From a virus, in the IMG/VR virus record IMGVR_UViG_3300049182_000124: 64,000 nt of DNA. One strand, given 5' to 3'. A program made the translations under genes and the position numbers. Under the pieces are notes generated by a model, which had not been told where the DNA came from, ran no database searches, and saw only the letters and a program-made list of their open reading frames with translations. Below, one piece after another: positions 62,116 to 64,000 of the stretch (the first letter of the stretch is position 1; the number at the start of each line of letters is the position of its first letter).

Positions 62116-62345
62116 TACGCCGCCTCCTCGCGCCTGAGATCGCTTAAAGAATTCGTCGTCTCGCGCAGCTCACCGGCGAGCAGAAGCTCATCCTCGTCGG
62201 GTTCCCGCCACAACGTGTGAAACTGCGAGCTCGCACACTCCGGGCATTCGAAAATGATTCCGTACAACACCGCGTAGACGACGGGGCGCGGGTTGCTGGT
62301 CGGGCCGATGGTGAGCGAGCACTTACAGCAGGTGCAGCGTTTCAT
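62115..62345 (-). CDS. Zn-ribbon microprotein
   Basis: CTCC...FECPECAS. Confidence 0.65.
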   Translation of the reverse strand: MKRCTCCKCSLTIGPTSNPRPVVYAVLYGIIFECPECASSQFHTLWREPDEDELLLAGELRETTNSLSDLRREEAA

Positions 62346-62767
62346 GGGAACCCTGCCAGCAGATTGAGGCGGACGCGATCCTCCTCACCGAGCCCAAACC
62401 GAATCAGGTGGCTCAAATCATGGCTCACGACTGCGTAACCCGAACTCTGACAATCCCAGCCGGTGTAGTCACAACCAGCCGACAGGAAAGCAAAGCGGCC
62501 GTCCTTCAGGCGGAACACACCAACCCAGTTGGCACCGTCATTTTCGCCGTCGCTTGTGCCGAGCACCTCGGCGACGTCTATGCGCTGGAACGGATCTGGG
62601 GAGACGGTTGATCCAACCGCGGCGCTGACCTTTGGGTGGTTGTAGCAGGTGGCGAACTCAGGCTCATTGCCAACCATGTACGAAAGCTCTGCTGGTCCGC
62701 AGCATTGGAATGCCGCCTCCCAGTCGTATCCACGGATACGCGCATCGAGAACAGACTCGTCAATCAT
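62342..62767 (-). CDS. conserved phage hypothetical protein
   Basis: DGENDGANWVGVFRLKDGRF...AGCDYTGWDCQ. Confidence 0.75.
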   Translation of the reverse strand: MIDESVLDARIRGYDWEAAFQCCGPAELSYMVGNEPEFATCYNHPKVSAAVGSTVSPDPFQRIDVAEVLGTSDGENDGANWVGVFRLKDGRFAFLSAGCDYTGWDCQSSGYAVVSHDLSHLIRFGLGEEDRVRLNLLAGFP

Positions 62768-63006
62768 TCGCTCTGCTCCAGTTGGTCAACAACCGCACTC
62801 AGGTACCGAATCTCCGCATCCAGATCGCCCGGCGCCGCCCACCCGCTCCGGGCCTGCTTGAGCGCCTTGGTGTGAGCGAGCGCGATCCGAAACGCCTCCA
62901 GCTTCTCCCGCCGCTCGGTCTCGAGACGGAGCTGGAGGTCGACGGCGGAGGTTGAGTCAAGGCGGGTGGGGAAGCGCTGCGACAGGTTGGAGTCCTCGTG
63001 AGTCAC
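62764..63006 (-). CDS. coiled-coil hypothetical protein
   Basis: GTGA/ATGA coupling. Confidence 0.6.
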   Translation of the reverse strand: MTHEDSNLSQRFPTRLDSTSAVDLQLRLETERREKLEAFRIALAHTKALKQARSGWAAPGDLDAEIRYLSAVVDQLEQSE

Positions 63007-63320
63007 TTGGCCGCCTCCGCGCTGAACTCCTCGAACCACTCGTCGATGAGGAACGCTACGCCGGCCGTCTTGTGCTCGTGCTTCGGCTCCCAGGAGCGCA
63101 TCACGTACTCAATGTGAGCCAGCGCATCGTCGACGTTCACGCCATCGCGCGGCTTCGTTTTCAGATTCTTCAGGCCGCGGAAGAACCAACGGTCTACGAG
63201 GTCCTCTAGCTCCCGCTTGCGCGGGTAGTCTAGGATCGCGCGATATGGCGGGATCATGCCTTCCACGCTGGTCGGAAACGCACGTTCGGCTCCGCTAAGT
63301 TTCTTAATTGGAAACATCAC
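63003..63320 (-). CDS. conserved phage hypothetical protein
   Basis: WFFRGL...SWEPKHEHKTAGVAFL. Confidence 0.75.
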   Translation of the reverse strand: MMFPIKKLSGAERAFPTSVEGMIPPYRAILDYPRKRELEDLVDRWFFRGLKNLKTKPRDGVNVDDALAHIEYVMRSWEPKHEHKTAGVAFLIDEWFEEFSAEAAK

Positions 63321-63580
63321 CCTGCCCTCCTCTGCGCTTCCATGTAGTGCCTCAGCACCGCCAACCGCGTGAGCACGCCGACGTGGTCAGCTCCAATGTT
63401 GATGGCGGCCGATTGCCATTCCCCGTCACCCCAGCCGCGTACGAGCTCCGCAATGAGCAGGCCATCAGCGCTCGCGTGCAGACCGAGCAGGGAGACCATG
63501 TCGTCTATGAGGCGGGTGAGGCGACGGACCTTGAGCGCTCGATTGCGGGCCTCCCATGGATTGATGGCTGGCCTTTTCAC
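63317..63580 (-). CDS. hypothetical protein
   Basis: 87 aa coupled. Confidence 0.6.
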   Translation of the reverse strand: MKRPAINPWEARNRALKVRRLTRLIDDMVSLLGLHASADGLLIAELVRGWGDGEWQSAAINIGADHVGVLTRLAVLRHYMEAQRRAG

Positions 63581-63837
63581 GCTGCCACCTCCCTTCGGGC
63601 CTTCGTCTTCTTCGTCTCATACTCCTGCTTAGTCCCGCAGAACGGGCAGAACGTGAGCGGCGCATACGTCGTGTTCGCGTACTCCGCTTTGCAATCCTTC
63701 CCGCGCGGGAACTCGAGGATTAGCTCGTCGTGTGACTTGCCAGTTTTGAAGCTGACCACCAAGCCCCAGCGAATGCCCTGGCGAGCTTGGCGGCTGACCA
63801 CGAGCTCGAGCACAGGGCAGCAGTATTTGTGGCTCAC
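63577..63837 (-). CDS. Zn-binding hypothetical protein
   Basis: YCC...FCPFCG. Confidence 0.7.
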   Translation of the reverse strand: MSHKYCCPVLELVVSRQARQGIRWGLVVSFKTGKSHDELILEFPRGKDCKAEYANTTYAPLTFCPFCGTKQEYETKKTKARREVAA

Positions 63838-64000
63838 GGCCGCTCTCCGAGTTGCGCGCGCACGTCGGCTGGCAGGTCGCCCCAGATGGCTTCAGCGGCG
63901 GCGAGGCGGGCTGCGTCTCTCGTACGCTCCCAGCCGCACGAATCAGGGGCTCCCGTAACGCGGAACAGCTCGCCGTAGTTCGCGGCTAGCTTGCGCTCAA
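63834..64000 (-). CDS. hypothetical protein, 3' part (partial)
   Basis: ...ERKLAANYGELFRV...QLGERP*, GTGA coupling to the next gene. Confidence 0.55.
   Translation of the reverse strand, partial: ERKLAANYGELFRVTGAPDSCGWERTRDAARLAAAEAIWGDLPADVRAQLGERP

Noticed and set aside
1-64000. CRISPR array, rRNA, IS element
   Set aside because: No regularly spaced repeat-spacer series, rRNA-like stretch or transposase found by eye

Overview
The window is most of the genome of a high-GC temperate tailed phage with a contractile tail. Host is probably Myxococcota; this is inferred only from the Cys-rich lipoproteins and the Mx8/Mx9-like att arrangement. Layout, left to right: (1) 3' end of a tyrosine integrase whose reading frame runs through a tRNA-Thr(CGT) 3'-half att core (187-233). 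Phage genes lie on both sides, so this looks like attP of an unintegrated genome. (2) A translationally coupled rightward block: MazG-like, SLOG, DNA MTase, initiator, DnaB, RuvC. (3) Terminase, then Mu-like head, neck, sheath/tube, tape measure and baseplate genes, with no transposase. (4) Several receptor-binding proteins, including a beta-helix tailspike. (5) An unusually elaborate lysis cassette: holin-like/lipobox fusion, papain-like C1A protease, Cys-rich lipoprotein, GH73 endolysin, coiled-coil-REC protein, spanin-like protein. (6) After an intrinsic terminator at ~47.8 kb, a long leftward operon: HNH, RHH, many CxxC microproteins, Dam plus a truncated Dam paralog, RecT/YqaJ/DEDDh. Most notable: an antisense, C-terminally truncated PspA/ESCRT-III-like gene inside the tail operon; an antisense GSCFA esterase plus lipoprotein pair next to the tailspike; an orphan response-regulator domain and a cysteine protease inside the lysis cassette; a -1 frameshift (CCCTTTC) tail chaperone missed by the ORF track, followed by a tandem paralog. 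No repressor is visible; it is probably outside the window. All family calls come from motifs recognised by eye, not from database searches.
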